From: Squalus acanthias
Lineage: Eukaryota
NCBI GenBank assembly: GCA_030390025.1
Contig: CM059432.1
Location: forward strand, 91,018,001-91,082,000
DNA length: 64,000 nt
Direction: 5' to 3'
Shown here: positions 11,678 through 24,103 of the stretch, one piece after another
Numbering within the stretch: position 1 is the first letter of the stretch
Layout: each line of letters begins with the position of its first letter
Notes under the pieces: generated by a model
The model's database searches: none
Told to the model about the DNA's origin: nothing
What the model saw: only the letters and a program-made list of their open reading frames with translations
Made by a program: the position numbers and the translations under genes

Positions 11678-13586
11678 TAATAACTGGAATGGTATTTAAA
11701 TAGTGTATCAATGTTGACACAGCATGGATGCTTTGTACTGTATGCTGATGGATGTTATTTTGTTAACATTAAACTGGTTCAGATACTGCATTGTATTGTT
11801 TCATTTCTGCATTATAAACTTGTACAAAAACTGTTAATTTGTTCAAAAAGACAATGATTGTTGTGTTGTTTTTCCCTTGATCTTTATATTGTAAAACTTA
11901 CGATGTTTAGACTTGATATATGATTCTTTTATATGAATCTGTGTTTTATATATATGAAATTGTTTTTATGCATTAAAAATGTAAAGGTTTAGATTTTAAT
12001 TTTTGTGAAGCATGTGTGCTTTTTTAGATGGCTGGTTCTTCTTTCTGGTCATGTTCAATGTGTTCATATAGGGAACATTCTGTGAGTATTTTAAATGAAA
12101 ATATAAGCAATATTCCCTTATACCTTTTCATGGTATGTATTATTCCCAGACTGAAAGGAAAGACAGCTATATGTTCCCAGGCCTCAGAACCAGACACAAT
12201 AGTGTGTTACAATGTGATGTGAATTGACAAACCCTCCAATTTCCCCTCCCTCATTCTGGGAGAGCACGAGAAAGTCAGGGCTGTCCTCAGAAGATAGCTA
12301 AAATCAGACAGAATTTGAGAGAAAAGAAAAAGAAAGAACCTGCATTCAAAAATCTATGCCCTGCAACTCCATGGCAGTAAATATTTTACACCAGTGGGCT
12401 AAACATACCAGTTAAGCCAATTATTAGGAGGGAGGTCAGGTGCTTATCGTGACACTGCATACTTTCAACTCGTTCCATGCTTCATCAGCACTCTAAGTCA
12501 CACTTGGACCACCCTTTAACAATTCCCACAGTGTAAACAGTGCTGTTTTGGAATTGACAGTGTGGCTCCTGCATTGATTGCAGCAGTTGTAATATTCTCA
12601 TGTTTAGTAAGAAGAAAGGGAAATGTTGCCATACAGGGTGAAGAACAACATGGATAAGCCTTGCATGTCTAGGCCTATTAAAGCAGCTGTGAATATGGGG
12701 ATTCAGACTTTCAAGGAGGTAATGACATATCTAAGTCTGGTGATCATATATTAACTAACAAAAGCTTCCTATGTGCCTCAGTAAGCAAATGCACCCTGGA
12801 GTTTGGTACTAAGTGAAATAAACCAAGAAGCTCCCAGGTTTAATCAGCCAAAGTTCAACAGGACTGTGGGTGAATGCTGGGATTTCTCCCTAAATGCTCA
12901 TTTGCATAAGGAAGCGCTATGAGCAGAAGGTGAAGGCAAGTAAGTGACCCTTTTTTGTGCTCAAGTCCTCATCCCTCTCCTAACCAATATATTAAAATGT
13001 GCCTGCTTAAAGGAGTTTTGGCTAAAATTCAGAATTCAGTACTGAAGAAACATTTGGGGCTCAATTTTGCCAGGCCCGAGGAGGTGGGATTGGAGCCATG
13101 GGAGATGTTAAAATCGCAAAAAATGGCAGGCAGCTCCAATCCCACCTCCAGGCCGCCTCTGAGCTATTTTCCCAGAATCGGAGTTTCAGACCCCATTTCC
13201 ATTCCGCCTCCAAGAGGCGGGATAGGCCCTTAAGGCCCTTAACAACCAGTTACTTGCCTCTATAATCCCATTTTGAGAGGCCTTTCTGATTTTAACACAT
13301 TTCCCACGTCCTGCACATCTCCTCTGGAACACGCCAGTTAATCCTGGCGGCCTCACAAGTGGATTGCTTACTAACAGCTGAAGCTCTACCATTACAAAGG
13401 AGTTTTCACCAATGATCATTTGCAGGTGGCAGAACTTTGTTGTCTCAGGTCTGGGGGAACTTTTAGCAGGCATACTCCTTGTTGTGGAAGTTTGGAGCCT
13501 GACACCCATCTCCAGTGTGACCTCCTGGGAAACCCCTCTCCCCACCTTGACTGAGCGCTTCCTCAACTGAGGCATATATCAGAAGC

Positions 13587-13813
13587 ATGGGAACCATTTA
13601 TTTCCTTTCCTTCTGGACATCAGATTCGGATGAAGACCAGCCGTGGCAGCAGCAGAACCATGAACAACAGCAGCACCAACAGCAGCAGCAACAACAGGAG
13701 CGCCAAGCTGCTGCTCACCCACCTGAAGCTGCACAGGCCAGAAGGCGCCAGCGCGCAACCACATTGCTGCCCGGGATGCAAGGGACGCACTCATGTTGGC
13801 CAGATTTGCTTAG
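13587..13813 (+). pseudogene. Harbinger transposase remnant (Q-rich N-terminus joined out of frame to the C-terminal HIAARDARDALMLARFA*)
   Basis: Position and orientation match the transposase slot in the other Harbingers; no DDE motifs remain. Confidence 0.6.
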
Positions 13814-14071
13814 CCTGCACAATCAAACACTTTTGCCTCGCACCTTCTTACCAGAGCATCGACAATGGACAAGAACCTGCGGATTCCTATCACTCTGACC
13901 ACCATACTGACAATTGCAAGTCACTCTAAGCCCTCAATGTGGAAGTCCCATTTGCGAAATGACACAGGCCACAACTTCAACAGTTTGCCATCAGAATTTT
14001 TTATCACAGCAAGTAACTGATGGCATTTCAAAAATAAACACAACATAACACCCAAGTGACTACCCTTGTGA

Positions 14072-16001
14072 CTACTTGTGCATTATCTTCCTCTTATGCG
14101 TGCTCCTACATGGTGCTTCCCCTGTGGCTTCAGCAGATGTGGAGGCCCCTTGCTCACTTTCTTGCTGCTCCTGTCTCGACACCTTTGGCGGCCGTCCTCT
14201 GGGGTTGCGAACCTTTGAGGGCTCGGCAACAATCTGCTGCTCCTGCGGCTGTGCAGGGGATGAGATGCCCATCTCATTTGGGTGAGGACTCTGGTGGGGC
14301 TCTGACCAAGGGCTTTGCAGTGGCATGGTCGTGTGAGCGCTTGGAGAGGAGCCCCCACTTCCTTCTCTGCCACCAACATCCCTCTCATGGGTCAGCCCCA
14401 CTTCAGAGCTAGCAAGTGGCTTGACAGCACCTTGCTGCACTTCAGGGGGGCCATGAGGACCCGTTTCTGCACTGGAAGTCCTACTCCAGAGGACTTTCAT
14501 GAAGGTCTGGTTTATATGCTCAATAGCTGACCATCGCTCCTCAAGAGATGCCAGTCTATTCTGAACAATGACCATGTTTTCAACACTCTGATGACTTAGC
14601 TCCTCCATGGCCGTAGCCATCCTCTCCTCTACCGTAGCCATCCTTTCCACGGAGGTTGTCATCCTTTCCGTGGTGATGCGTTCATGTGCCAATGCTTCCA
14701 CAAAGGCTCTGCTTATGTTCGTGATGGACTCCTCCATTCGCTCCACACTCGCAGTGACCCTGGAGACAAAACCTGCCAGAGACTCCTGCACCTGTTCCTG
14801 GAGTTCCAGCACCGCTCTCCTTCTGGATGGACCCGGAGGCACAGGGTCGACATGCAGCTGAGCCGAGCTGGGAGAGTCCTGCACCCTCCGATGAGGACTC
14901 TCCACTGCTGTCCCTGTCTCCACCATCTGCCGATGCTCACTTGTGAGCTGTGATACACCAGTTGACACTATCTCGCAAAGGTCCCACCGAGGTGTGAGTG
15001 TCTGCGCTGATGCTGGGTGCGCTGAATTCTGCTGACGCTACGCCCGCAGAGGTTGCAGCTTCCTCTGAGGAATCTTGAAGCTCAGGCTGTTCCTCCTGGA
15101 CAGTGGGGACAGGGCCTGTCGATGGTCTTGTGGAGGAGTAAAGGAAAGAGTTAGAGATGTGAGGTAAATGTTGCATGCACATTGAATTGTGCAGATGATC
15201 ATAAGTCAATCTGTTAGAGCATCAGATTCATTATCAGTCACTCATGCAATGTCAATGAGAGAGATGCCAAACTATTCTGTCACCAGCTTGCTGTGATGCG
15301 CCCGTCTGTCCGTCCCCACTTGCGAATCTTCCTCGACACTGGCGATTTCCAGGGCCGCCTCCTCCCAGGCGGTGAGCTGGGCTACTGAGGGTGGCCCTCC
15401 TCCTGTCCTCGCTCTTTCCCTCTTATTGTGGGCTCTCTTTTCCTGCAATGAGGGACACAAGTGGAGTTTGAGTGAGAATGAAGGAGTGAGTGTAGAGAAT
15501 CCATAGCATAGATGCTTAGAAGGAGACAAAGGGCCCTCCCTGTGTGTTGTAAGTTGTTGTCATGGGATCACAGTGATAGGGAGTGTGAGGGCTGCATAGT
15601 CGAATAGTTAAGTGAATGTGACCATAGAGAGAGAGGGAATTGGTAAGGATGCAGGGATGTAAGTGTCAAGTGGGATGTGGAGGAAGAGGTTGGCAAAGCT
15701 GAGTGCTGGTGAGGAGAGGTGATGGGGATCAGATTGAGGGTGATGAGAAAGTCATACTCACTTTTCCTGTGCGGAGAAGGTCATGAAACCTCTTCCTGCA
15801 CTGCAGCCAGGTTCTGCGGCACATAGAGATTGAGTTGACCTCCTGGGCCACTTGCATCCACACAGCTTTAGTCTGCTGGGGAGGCTTTTTCCTCCCTGAG
15901 GAAGGGAAGAGCACCTCCTTATTTGATCTTGCTCCCTCCACCAGAGCTTGGAGGGAGGCTTCATCGAACCTTGGAGCACACTTTGGCCTACTGCTGGACA
16001 T
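14072..16001 (-). pseudogene. Three-exon Harbinger Myb/SANT-like (NAIF1/MSANTD-like trihelix) DNA-binding protein, frameshifted
   Basis: Exon 1 16001-15762 (APRFDEASLQALV...W..VA.EVN...RTWLQCRKRFHDL, donor gtgagt); exon 2 15442-about 15284 (EKRAHNKRERARTGGGPP, acceptor ttgcag); exon 3 about 15130-14072 with coiled coil and basic C-terminus; frameshift near 14975. Confidence 0.88.
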
Positions 16002-16738
16002 AGTTGCTGAATGAAGCGATTACAACAATGGGCATAAAGTTTAAAGTCTTCAGAAGAAGCAAGGCTGCTTGCAGGCCTTAAATCCTGCAGCATTGATGAC
16101 ATCATCGGAGGCGACTTTCTGTATGAAAAGACTCATTCGGCCAGGGGTTTCCACTCGCTGGAAATCAAGTGCCCAATTAGGGCAAAATCGCACTTTTTTC
16201 CCACTTCACATCAGAGTCGGGGTCCTGACACGAAAACCACCTGAAACGCCCCAGCCCGCCCCCAATGGCAAAATCGAGCCCTTGCTCTGAAGCTACATTG
16301 AAAGACGGGTAAGTACAAGACTTATAATTAATGCTTGTGTGTAGTATAGCAGTTGATGTGTGTAAGTATGCTGTCTGAACTGTATAAAAGTGCCGTAAAC
16401 CAGTGGAAGCAGAGCAGGTAGAGAAATTGTGGAGGGAATTTGCTGTAAATGGGAATAAATCATGGTGTTGTATACAGTTAAAGTCACCATTTAGACTTAT
16501 ACCATGTATTAGCTGTAATATATTAAAGCGAGTTCATCAGTCACGTGTTCCATTTAAAAATCCTATGTAAACATTTCATGTTAATAGTCTTTAGCTAAAC
16601 CTAGTCCCCTTGATGCCAGTAGGTGGTGCTACAACAGGATTTCCAGTGTTAATCTGATCACTGACCTGTAACACTCCCTGTAATACCAGAAATCATTGAA
16701 AGCAAGTATTGTAGGCGTCCTACCACTGGTGACACTGT

Positions 16739-16862
16739 GGGGGTCATTTTTACCTAAGTCACCAGGCGGGAAACCCACGGGATCGGGTGGATCGCTGGTT
16801 TTATACCCACCCAATATTACTCTCCATTGAACTGACAGACAGGTTAGGTTAAAATTGTTCCC
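16739..16862. mobile_element. Small MITE
   Basis: GGGGGTCATTTT ... AAAATTGTTCCC termini; left end identical in type to 44932. Confidence 0.5.
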
Positions 16863-17234
16863 AAATGAGTCACCCGGGCCGACTTGTCATTTTGTTTCCA
16901 GTTCCCCATTTATTTGTTTTTGCAAACATTGGCAAGCAGCCGATGTTAGTCCGACAGGTTTACCTGAAAAGAGTTCCACACCTAGTGATGATCCAAGGTA
17001 TATATTTGCCTGGCCCAAAGTAATAATAGAATTCAGAAGTATTTTTGTTTACCACCCCGTGCAGCTTAGTTCTGGAGTATCATTTAAGGCCGACAAAAGT
17101 TTTTAAGTGTGCAAATGGAACTTAGCTGTTTTGGCTTTCATACTTAACTGAGAAGAAGCCATTATTTTGTTCAGTCTGTTTGGCTCATGGAAAAACTAAC
17201 AAATGGTTTCCACAGTGAAATGCAATTCTTGAAG

Positions 17235-17410
17235 GATGGTAGGGCTGGCGGAGGTTACAGAGATGGCGAGGGCAATGGAGGGATTTGAACACAAAGATGA
17301 GAATTTTTAAATCGAGGCGTTGGTGAACTGGGAGCCAGAGTAGGTCAGTGAGTACAGGGGTGATGGATGAATGGGACTTGGGTTTTGGATGAGTTCAAGT
17401 GCATGGAGGA
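17235..17410 (-). mobile_element. L2 LINE fragment
   Basis: Reverse complement matches the PITPVL..L.W......FKIL-coding region at 61030-61170. Confidence 0.75.
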
Positions 17411-18216
17411 GTTTTTCTTCAATTTCTTATACTTTTGCCTGTATTCTTAGCAACTGGATTTATCTAATTCCTTCTTAAGCTCTCACTCGGGTCTTCAAAA
17501 GTGGCAGAGCATCACAGCATACCCAGTTTTGTGATTGAAATATCAACCCATTTACTTTACAAAAGATGAACAAACATGTAAGTAATAGTCAGATATACTA
17601 TAATTATATATTTACATTAGACATCCTTTCACCTAACTCAAATGGACAAAATAACAAAAAGATTGCAACTTGAAGCTAATCCTTTGTAAATAACTTTTAA
17701 GTAATACTGTATTTCTTTTTCTAGAATTTCTTGTAACTGTGATATACCTAATTAATCCAAACGATTTCTTGGAAATTCAAACCAATTTTTCTTTTTTTCA
17801 GGAATTTCTTATTTGAGATTTTCAAGCTGATTCTTCGATTTGAATAGAACAACTATTTTCATAACCCAGAAAAACGTTACCAAGATGTCATGAATTTTGA
17901 ATATCTCACCTCTCAGATTTAAAAAGGAACTGTGTTAATATACAAGACAAGCTAATCACACAGCATTGATTAGGTTTGAATTATTCTTCTCTTCAGCTTA
18001 TAACTGCCAGAACTTGCAACATTGTTTTGAAATAAGCTTGGTTCATGAACTTCAGTCATTTTTTTAAACAACTGTAACTGAATTTAAAGGTACAACCACT
18101 ACATCAAAATTAGATTAAAATACCTCGGCCGCAAAATTCGACTCCTTAGTGCCGGTAGTTAAGGCTGGTTTCGAAAAAAATGGCGACTGCCTTGCTTCCT
18201 CCAACTTCCGGCGCAT

Positions 18217-19249
18217 AGAGGGAGGGGAGGAGGGCTCTCAGCAGGAGGCCTTACCCACCTAGGGTCTTCAGGAAGCACCTCTCCTACCTGCACCTAAGCC
18301 AGGAGCAGTGTGTTCGGTGGCTCCGCTTCACCAAGGAGGTGGTCACAGAACTCTGCCACTTCTTGGAACCAAACCTGCAGCCTCAGAGCAGGGCAATGAC
18401 AGCTCTGCCAATGGCCCTCAAGTTGACCATAGCCCTGAATGTTTTCACCAGCGGATCCTTCCAGGCTGAAACAGGTGACATAGCAAACATCCTGCAGTTC
18501 GCCGTCCATCGTTGCATTTGGGAGGTCACAGAGGCTCTCTACTCCAGGAGAAGGGACTTCATTGTCTTCTCTCTGAACAGAGAGAAGCAGGAGGAGCGCA
18601 CATATGGCTTTGCCAGGATATTGGCCTTCTCCATGATGCATGGCACCATCAATTGCACACACGTGGCTTTGTGAGCACCGCATATCAATGGTGAGATGTA
18701 CCGTAACCGCAAAAGGTACCGCTCACTTAATGTGCAGTTAGTGTGTGACCACGCCCAGCACATCATGATGGTGAATGCCCGGTACCCTGGCAGCGGTCAC
18801 GATGCCTTCACCCTGCGCCAGTCCATTGTGCCAGCAATCTTCCAGCCTCCACGTTAAACCTGTGGCTGCCAGGCGATGAGGGCTATCCGCTCTACACCTG
18901 GCTGATGACTACCCTCCGCAACCCCACCAATCGTGGCCAGCAATCATATAATGACAGCCATGCTGCCACGAGGAACCTCATCAAGCAGACCATCGGGGTA
19001 CTCAAGCAACGGTTCTGCTGCCTTGAGCGCTTGGGAGGAGCCCTCCAGTACACGCTGGGGCGGGTGTCCCAATTCGTGGTGGTCTGCTGCATCCTCCACA
19101 ACTTGGCCATCATGAGGTCGCAGTCCTTGCCACGACGGGTTCCGCAACCTCCTTGGGAGGAGGAGGAAGAGGAAGAGAGGGGGCAGCCTGCAAATACCTG
19201 TTCCGGACGGTCTGTCTGTGAGTGCATCATCAGATGCCGTTTCCCCTGA
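18217..19249 (+). pseudogene. Harbinger (HARBI1-like) DDE transposase pseudogene
   Basis: RRPYPPRVFR, SGSFQ, GTINCTHV (canonical D replaced by N), NRK.Y.SLNVQLVCD, YPGSGHDA, GDEGY, YNDSH..TR..IKQTIG.LKQRF (E replaced by K), CCILHN; stop at 18672 and a frameshift near 18860. Confidence 0.93.
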
Positions 19250-19418
19250 ATGCAACCCTAGATCCCCGTTGCTCAACACTTCCCCACCTTTCCATCTGTC
19301 TATCACGGAACATCATTGCGTTCTCTTGGTGACAATGCTGAAATGAAAGCCACCACAAAACAAACATTCCAAACATAATTTATGAATGATTGATTCCAAA
19401 ACTATATAGCAAAGTCAA

Positions 19419-21324
19419 CTAATCACCCTTGTGCATTCCCTTAGTGCCTGTCTGTCGTGTTCCTTTGACTGTCCTAGTGCTCCTATGAAGTGCTACCCCA
19501 GTGGCTGCAGCATGGTTGGTGGAAGGCTGCTGACTTTCAGAGGGAGAGACGGGAAATGGCCTTGGAGGATGACCATGAGCAGCTCTAGGCCAAGAAGGCC
19601 TGGCTCTAGACTGCACCATCTTGGCAAGGGCGGCCGCAGTCTGGACTGGCTTGCTGACGGGCAATAGCAAGGGCACTGGCAGAGTGGCAGTGGTGGAAGT
19701 ATGAATGCTGTCATCCTGAGAGAGGAAAGAAGGTTCGTGACCCACAGGGCCACTGTCACTCCCCCGGGGTGGTGCCTCAGCAACCCTAGTAATCTGTTGG
19801 AGGACAGATTGCTGGACTACTGCAAGACCCTGCAAGCCCCTTTCCACACTTGTAAACGCAGCCATGATGGCAGCAGTCTGAACTTGCGTGGCAGATAGCT
19901 GAGCCTGCATGACAGAAATCTGAACTTCCACTGCAGCACTCAGACATTGGGTCGCTTCCGCTTGTGCTGCAATGGAAGCTGAGACATTGCCCATCAGAAC
20001 CTGCATCATGGTTGGGTCCACAAGTGCTCTAATGGAGTTGTCCTGGAAATCATGGGCTCCAAGTTCTGCACAAAGCCCCGTGCAAAGTTGGAGCCGTACT
20101 CCTCCATGCTCCTTGACAATGATAACAGGCACCCTGCCAGGCCTGCCAATGCACCAAGCATTTCTGTGTGCATGGCCATCACCCTTCTTCTGAAGGTCGC
20201 CCCATGAAAGTCCTCATCTGTGTCCTCTGCAGCAGAACTCGTGTGCGACCTCACCTCACCCTCCGAGGAGCTGGTATTTGCGCTACCCTTTCCCCTTGCC
20301 CTGGCTTCAGGCCACTCCTGCCCGGTTACTCACCACTTGCAGATCCCGCCTCTATACTACCTTCTAAAGTACGCACAGTGCCTTTTCTGAACTGGTGCCT
20401 GGGAGTGTCAGATCGAGTGATGGTGTCTCTTCTTCTTCTTCAACACTCTCCTCCTCTTGCACAGGCTGGGCCAGTTGGAGTTCTTGGTTCTCTGAAAGGA
20501 GAAAGGTGCAAGGGTAGGGTTGTGGTGAGGGGAGGGGGGGAAAGCAAGATGTGCATGCTTACACCATCAGCAGCTTGTAAGTGAGAAGAGATTGTAGGAT
20601 GAGGGGGAAATGGGATGAGAGAAGGAGGATTTGGTATGAGCATACTGTCATCATCAATGCTTTCAGCCTCGCCGATCACCATGGCCTCAGTGACGGCCCC
20701 ACCAATGATATCCAGCACTGTCTCCTCCAGCTGGTTCAGGTTCTGTAGCCATGCCTGCCCCCCCCCCCGTCAGTTAGCTGCTGCTAGCCCCGGTTATGCG
20801 CCGCCTCGGCTGGCAAGAGAAATGGAAGTGTGTCAGTGAGTGTGCTGCTATGTGCCTGTCATGGTTGAATAGCCGGCATTGTGTGCAAGGTATGAGATGT
20901 TGGTGTGAGGCTTGCAGCAGTGGTAAGTGTGTGTGGGTGATGTAAAGCTATGATTGTGAGGTATGAGTCATGATGATTGACAGAGATTGTTGGTAGGTGA
21001 GTGATGGGGCTGTGGTGCATTGAGCAGTGTGTGAGGCTAGTGATGCAGTTGGTGGGATACGGCATTTGATGCTGCATTCACTGACCTTGACCACTCATGT
21101 GAGGTCATTAAACTTCTGGCGGCACTGCATCCAGGTCTTGGGGAAAGACTGCTGACACTGACCGCTCCAGCAATCTGCTCCCACTGCCTTCTTACAGTCA
21201 GTCTGGAGGACCTCCTGGCTCCCTGCGGGTAGAGGGCCTGTCTACTCATTTCAACCCCCTACACTAAGGCCTTCAGTGCTGCACTGGAGAACAAAGGTGC
21301 CCTTTCTCTGCCCTGTTTAACCAT
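19419..21324 (-). pseudogene. Harbinger Myb/SANT-like partner gene, multi-exon, disabled
   Basis: MVKQGRERAPLFSSAALKALV*; W.QIA.AV; donor gtcagt at 21085; last exon ending RSTRTVKGTRQTGTKGMHKGD. Confidence 0.85.
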
Positions 21325-21916
21325 AGGTACCTTCCACTTTCCTTTGCTACACTATCAATGAGGTGCTTCTTTCAGAAAGCACCTCCCCTTTAAGAAGTGC
21401 AGACTGCGTTTCACACTGCAGGCTACCTTTAAATAGAGAACACACTTCCCACGAAATTGGATCCCCTGCTGAGCGCTGAGCCAACCAGCAGTGTGTTCAG
21501 CGCTGGGCTTAGCTCTTCAATCATGTTAATTAGCAGGCAGCACGAAATCCCCATGCTGCCTGCATTACTTTCAATGGGCGTGGGCAAATTGCGCATCGTG
21601 ATCCCCGCGCCTGTTTTCGGGCCTTATCGAATTTAGTCCCCCTCATTTTTGTCACACCGACCCGTTAGAATTCTTTGAAGAAATGACAGGGAGGATCAAT
21701 AAAGGAAACACCGCAAATGTGGTTTACACGGAATTTCAAACAGCATTTGATATGGTACCACACAAGAGTCGTATGACAAGTATAAATAAATTATGGATAA
21801 TGTGGCCACATGAATAAAGCAAGGGTAGGGGTAAAAGAAAGTTTCTCCGACTGGAAAGATGTGGTGAGTGGTATTCCACAGAGCCACTCTTATTTACTAC
21901 ATACATAAAAGATATG

Positions 21917-24103
21917 GGGGGAGAAATTCGTGTTCGCCAGGAAAGTGAGTTAACAGCCGCTGAAAATGGCCACAACGCTAATGGGACAAAATTCATCTAG
22001 AGGGGCTGGAGATTGGTGGTGCAGTGCTTACCTTGCATGCAATGCCGCCCTGGTGGCATTAGTGGAGGCATCCGACCCGAAGTTCCCGTCCAGGAGCGAC
22101 ATTGCAGCTTCTCACAGCCTCTGGAAGCGAGGCTGTGGAGCTCACAAGGAATTGTGGGCAATGAAAAGGCCTGTGAATTAAAGGGGCCATGCACTCAGAA
22201 GTAATACAAATTAAAATCCAGTGAAACAATGCAGTTTTCAGCCCTTTCTGCTTTTCAAAAGAAAAGTTAACATTAAAACGAAGTACCAAATGTGAATATT
22301 CAGCTCTTAAAGCTGAATTCCCTTCCTAACCTCAAAAAGTGGGAAAAGTGTTTCAGCACTAACACAAATGGCTCAACAAGCCAGGGAAGGGGCACCCAGG
22401 GTCTCGCACACAGTACTCCAGCTTTGTGCAGGGGGTCAACACTGCAAGAGAGGTCCTCTACCTACAGGGGCCAGGAGGCCCTCCAGAAAGAAGGATGTGG
22501 GACTACATCACTGAGGCCGTCACTGCCAGCAGTGTCACCCCCAGGACCTGGCTCCAGTGCCCAAAGAAGCTTCATGACCTTCAACCACTGGTCAAGATCA
22601 GTGAATGCAACTTCAAAAGCCATCTCCTACCAACTGCACCACTAGCCTCACAGACTGCTCAATGTCTGACCCCCAATCACTCACCTACCAACAATCTACA
22701 CCAATCACGAGGCACATCTCCCATTCCTAGCCTCACCTCACCTGCCTTGGAGGAGATGGTGCAGGCCATTCTTGGCAGGGGCATGGCTGAGCCCTTGGCC
22801 AGCAGCTGAAAGGATACAAGATGCTGGTATTCTCATGCATTATCCTCCTTCTGGCATGCACCTCATGCTTTCCCACCCTCCCATCAACACAACTCCACCC
22901 TTGTGCCTTCCTCATTTCACACACCCAAGAAATGCAACCTACCCACCCAGTGGGTGATCAAGAAGAGGGAGAGGAGAGTGAAGAAGAACTAGAAGAAGAT
23001 TGATTTGACCCTCCCAGCCACCAGCTCCTCAAGGTCAACCAGCAAGGCCATTTGCAGTGTCCCCCACTGAAAGTCAGCAGCCTTCCACCAGCCATGCTGC
23101 AGCCACTGGGGTAGTACTGTGTGACATCAGTAGGATAGGCAAAGGCACACACAAGACAGTCACTAAGAGAATGCAAAAGGGCGAGGAGTTGATTTGTTGA
23201 TGTCATATTAGATGGATAGATGTATAAAGTTGGATTGGAAAGTTTGCTTTGTGGTGACTTTTATTTCAGCATCATGGCCAAGATGACGCTGTGATGGTCA
23301 GTAACAGAGGGAAGGTAAGGTGTGGAACTAATGTTGAAAGGGGAATTGGGGTTGTGGTCACTGGGACCGCAGGCGGATGATTCGATCCCGGATATCCCGG
23401 CCACAAAGGGGCTGTCTGGGTAGTATCCTTCCTTCTGCTTCCTCTTCTTCTGCTTCCTCCTCTTCTACTTCTTCCTCTATGGCTTCCTCCTTTTCTGTAT
23501 CTTATTCTTCCCTCTGCTGTAAATCTGAAATGACAGCATAAAATGCTGGAAATACTCAGCTGGTCAGGCAGCATCTCGACCTGAGACATGAACTCTGTTA
23601 TTCCCTCCACGGATGTTGCCTGACCTTCTGTCTTCTCAAAGGCCTTTATTTACCATCCAAGCCCTTGCAAGCATCCAACAGCACTCCCTACACACTTAAA
23701 AACTTCTCACATCTATTGCAGCAAGCCACTACAATTACATTTAAAAAGTAAAAAGTGCAAAAGCTTAAATACAAACTTACCTGAAAGATGTGTGTGTCCC
23801 TTTAAGAGGTGCTGACATCGCCACTGTCAGCCTGCTTGCACGCTGGGTTAACCTGGCATGCTTAGGACCCAGCGCTGAATTCAGCGCTAGAGTCGAAGTT
23901 TGCGTTTGTGACGTCAAGTGTTGCACACCGATTGACCTCACAAAGCCGCATTTTGTCCAGCATGGCGCTGCCAGTTACCGGCAGCGCAAAGGTAAGGACC
24001 AAAACGGCGGCCAGCGCGGGATCCATCAGCAGCTGGCGGAAAAGCGGCAGCCAGCGTTTTAGTGACGCTACAGAGTGGCGCTCAGGCCACGAATTTCTAG
24101 CCC
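21917..24103. mobile_element. Non-autonomous Harbinger, family D (multiply deleted Myb gene on + from 22368)
   Basis: Termini GGGGGAGAAATTCG ... CGAATTTCTAGCCC; flanks ATG/AAG; MAQQAREGAPRVSH, RTWLQCPKKLHDL; paralogous to 59097-60611. Confidence 0.9.
23525..23630. mobile_element. Penelope-like (pLTR-derived) inverted fragment inside the Harbinger
   Basis: aaatgctggaaatactcagctggtcaggcagcatc ... gatgttgcctgacc; same repeat as 34714-34797. Confidence 0.55.

Larger units (their letters stand above)
13057..16281. mobile_element. Harbinger element (3.2 kb) with deleted transposase core and a retained Myb/SANT gene
   Basis: TIR GGGCTCAATTTTGCC ... GGCAAAATCGAGCCC; perfect TSD TTG (13054-56 / 16282-84). 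Confidence 0.93.
18127..21641. mobile_element. Decayed two-gene Harbinger transposon
   Basis: Termini GGCCGCAAAATTCG ... CGAATTTAGTCCCC; perfect TSD CTC; convergent transposase (+) and Myb (-) genes. Confidence 0.95.

Noticed and set aside
13587..13898. Poly-Q ORF as a host gene
   Set aside because: Lies inside a TIR/TSD-bounded Harbinger in the transposase slot; the rest of the ORF is out-of-frame read-through
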